From Takakia lepidozioides (taxonomy: Eukaryota > Plantae > Bryophyta): DNA of 64,000 nt. Numbering within the stretch: the stretch's first letter is position 1; every line of letters begins with the position of its first letter. Where the stretch lies: assembly GCA_030704615.1 (NCBI GenBank), contig CM060731.1, forward strand, positions 68,572,001-68,636,000, written 5' to 3'. A program made the position numbers and the translations under genes. Below are positions 61,001 through 64,000 of this stretch, piece by piece. The notes under the pieces were generated by a model that was not told the origin of the DNA, did no database searches, and saw nothing but the letters and a program-made list of their open reading frames with translations.

Positions 61001-62900
61001 TTGTCAATCTATACAAGAAGGGTGACAGAGAAGAACCGGGGAACTACCGTGGCATCACGCTCCTCAATGCTGTTGGCAAGACATTCTGCAGAGTTATAAG
61101 TACTCGTCTCGAGGTTGATCTGGAGTCTAGAGGTTGTTTCCACGAAGGCCAAGCTGGCTTTCGGCGAAACAGGGGCTGTGTGGATCATATCTTCACTCTA
61201 AGCCAGATTATCCAGGGAAGGAAAAAAGAAGGGAAACCCACTTATGTCTTTTTCCTGGATGTCAAAAAGGCTTATGACACAGTGTGGAGAGATGGCCTAT
61301 GGTTCTGCCTCTGGTCTTGTGGGATCAAGGGAAAGATGTGGAGAGTTGTCCACAACTTGTATGCTCACAGCAAAAGCTGTGTCACTTTTAACGGACAGAA
61401 GTCCAACTTCTTTGACATAGACCAAGGTGTAGCTCAAGGATGTACTCTCTCCCCTCTGCTCTTCAATGTTTTCATCAATCAACTCCTTGAGGATGTGGAA
61501 AGTGAGGGATTTGGGTTAAGGGTGGGTGATACCACCATACCAGCCCTTATGTTTGCGGATGACTTCGCAGGCATAGGGGAGACTCCAACCAATCTCCAGG
61601 AGTTGATTGATTGCGCGAAGAGATACTTTGATCTTTGGGGGCTAGAGGCTAATGTCAGCAAATGTGCAGTGGTAGCATTCAACGACAGAGGAGAGGGAGG
61701 AAGTGATCTTAAGTGGCAGTGGGGTAGCCAAGAGATCCCGGTCCTCCCTTCCTACACTTACCTGGGCGTTGAGTTTTCCTCCAATTGTAATTGGGATGCA
61801 CATATCCGGAAAGTTGTTCAAACTGGCAAGGGCAAAGCTCTGGGGCTCACTAAATTTTTCCACTGCAGAGGGGTCAACTCTGAGGTTAAGAAAACCATGC
61901 TTTGTCGCGTTATTAGACCTGCCTTGGAGTACGGATCTGCAATATGGGTTGATAACTCCAACCAGCCTAAGTCTCTAGAATCCATTCAAGTGGGGGTGCT
62001 TAAGGAGTGTATGTCAGCATGCTCCAAAACAGCCAATGTGGCTGTTCGGGGTGAGTTTTGCATTCCGTCCTTAAGCTCCCGACGAGATGAATTCAAGGTC
62101 AGATGGTGGGGTCAGCTGCAACATATGTCCAACACCAGATATCCTAAGTTAATCGACTCTATATCTTGGAAACAGGACCGCCCTGTCAAACAGGCTAAGT
62201 CCTGGCAGAAGAGAGTAGAAGAGATTCTCAAGGACCTGGACCTGGATCCGCAAGTCTTGACCCTGCTGGATAAATCTGACTTAGAGGCTGTAGTATCCAA
62301 AGCCATGTCTGTTGCCATGGGATTGTCTGATGAAAATGAAGTTAGGCAGAAAACTTCCCTGAACTTGTTTCCAGTCAGTGACATGGGGGAGGACATCTTG
62401 GATGACCTCAAGGGTCTACCCACTCTCGGCACCAGACTGAAATTTAAACTCAGGGCAGGAAGCCTACCTTTGAACAGCAAACAGAAGCAGAGGGGAAACC
62501 GTTGTGTGGGCAATCTGAAGACAGTATTCATTTTCTGATACACTGTCCGGGGTTCTCTCACCAAAGAGACGCTCTCTTCAAATCTATCAAGGGAATTGTG
62601 CCTGTACCCCTGTTTACCAACTTTGAAAGTCTCGAGGCTGCGCCAAAAGCCCAGGCCCTCCTGAGGCCTAGTTTTTGGGCAAATCACACGGCAGATTGAT
62701 GCTTGTGTGAAGGGATTTCTAGAGGATATCTGGAAAACCCGGATTAATTCTACATATGAAGGTAAGTCTTACTACCAACGTCAGCCCCTGACAGAGGTAG
62801 GTTCTGTCCCTTTTGTTCCCGCTCAAACTGGGCGCGGGGTCAATGGCCACAAGGCTACGGCAAACAACGTCTTATGAGTACAATCTCTAACTCTACCTAC
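58049..62900 (+). mobile_element. Near-full-length non-L1 LINE (RTE/RTEX-like): 5'UTR, ORF1 ~58430-59292, ORF2 APE-RT-CCHC ~59309-62700, with frameshifts
   Basis: APE AGQETW, LLGDFNARVG, SIVDFII, GTSDHFLV; RT GPDGIVNE, NYRGITLL, GQAGFR, FLDVKKAYDTV, GVAQGCTLSPLLF, MFADD, YTYLGV; C-terminal CGQSEDSIHFLIHC; ends defined by homology to 3325-4810. Confidence 0.95.
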
Positions 62901-62994
62901 CCTCGGCTCTAGAGTGAAATTTGAACTCAGAGTAGTGAGTCTATTGAACACTAAACAGATGCAGAGAGGAAAGGGAGATTGTTAGTGCCTGCCC

Positions 62995-63352
62995 AACAGT
63001 TAGACCCCAACAGGCCAGGGCTTTAGGCTCAGCCTCGAGATTTCAAAAGTTGGTGCAGGCACTATGTTCTTGATGATCCTGAAAAGGGTTACTCTCTGGT
63101 GAGAATACTCTGGACATTGTATGAGAAAATGGATATTGTCTTCAGGCCCCTTGCACAGCAGATTGGTGCTTGTCTGAAGAGCTTTCTAGAGGAAACCTAG
63201 AAAGCCCAAACAAATTAGTTATATGACAGTAAGTCCCCATCGTGGAGTGAGCCCCTAACAGAAGTAGTGTCTGTTCCCTTTTGTCCTGCTGGGTGTCTAT
63301 GGCCACAAGGCTACGGCAGGCATCTTATGAGTGCATTGTATCTAACTCTAAA
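62995..63352. mobile_element. Second LINE 3' fragment with 5' inversion
   Basis: 62995-63152 is reverse complement of ~62510-62670; 63153-63352 is forward match to ~62687-62893. Confidence 0.82.
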
Positions 63353-64000
63353 AAAGTTACAGGAGGTCTAGCAGGCCTACAGGGTCGATGCCTTGAAGGG
63401 TCCACCATAGCCAACACTGGCAGTTGGTCAATAAGTACATAACTAGTGCAATAACCACAGGAACACCTGTTTCAAGGTACAGGGCTAAAGGAGCAGTGCT
63501 GGAACCCTCTCATACTTTCTAGCGTGAGTTAGGACCAGCCCTTAAATCAATGGACAGTTCTGGAACCATATTGTCATAAGTTGTGCATAGGCACTACAGC
63601 AATTTGGGGCTTAAAATCACAAAACCTGGTCGGCTGAAACCCTACAACTGGTTCAGGATGGTTAGCAGACACTACTGTGCAACAGTCAACTCTTGCGAAG
63701 AATGGTCAATGATGACATCTTTGTCTCTCTTTCTCTCTACTATCCTTTTCACTCGACGATTATGACGTCAATCCCTGCGATTCCCTGTGACTGGATTTTT
63801 TTATGAGTTGTTCATTAATGCTAAAGAAGTTCCAGGCGGCATATACTCTGGCAGGTTGAATTCCCACAACTAGATCCCTTTTTTAATGCCGAGAAGCATT
63901 CTTGACGTAGTACGTGCCCTCAGGGACTCTCTCTCTCTCTCTCTCCTCCCTGTAGTCAATTTTCTTTGTTTTGGCTCAGGTGAATATGCTCATGAAGCAA

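Noticed and set aside
63980-64000. Last exon of IRX14
   Set aside because: Acceptor is plausible but splicing from 58014 gives an immediate stop, not the conserved W-I-I-D-P-P-like tail

Overview
Eukaryotic nuclear DNA from a land plant. It most resembles a seed-free lineage, which is an inference from the PLS-PPR style and gene content. Apparently intact genes are the 3' part of a DUF599 protein, an 8-exon CNGC2/4-type cyclic-nucleotide-gated channel, a PLS-E+ PPR editing factor, an 8-exon monoacylglycerol-lipase-like alpha/beta hydrolase, an intronless OSTC/DC2 gene and the first three exons of an IRX14-like GT43 glycosyltransferase. Broken or orphan gene pieces include glyoxalase II, PAB (chloroplast ATPase biogenesis), a second PPR, a RAE1-like exon and duplicated lipase fragments. 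The rest is transposon-rich: MULE/SWIM, pogo-like and Helitron remnants, MULE/hAT/Tc1 MITEs with target-site duplications, tRNA-derived SINEs and a 5'-truncated L1. Three observations stand out. (1) A non-L1 (RTE/RTEX-like) LINE family is present as a near-full-length copy, an internally deleted copy retaining both ends, tandem stacks of 3' ends and a twin-primed inversion, and it is associated with (CT)n tracts. (2) A PAB remnant has an in-phase splice path into the PPR, whose DYW deaminase domain has visibly decayed. (3) Helitron coding remnants are interleaved with pieces copied from the neighbouring lipase locus. All coordinates were read by eye and repeat boundaries are approximate.
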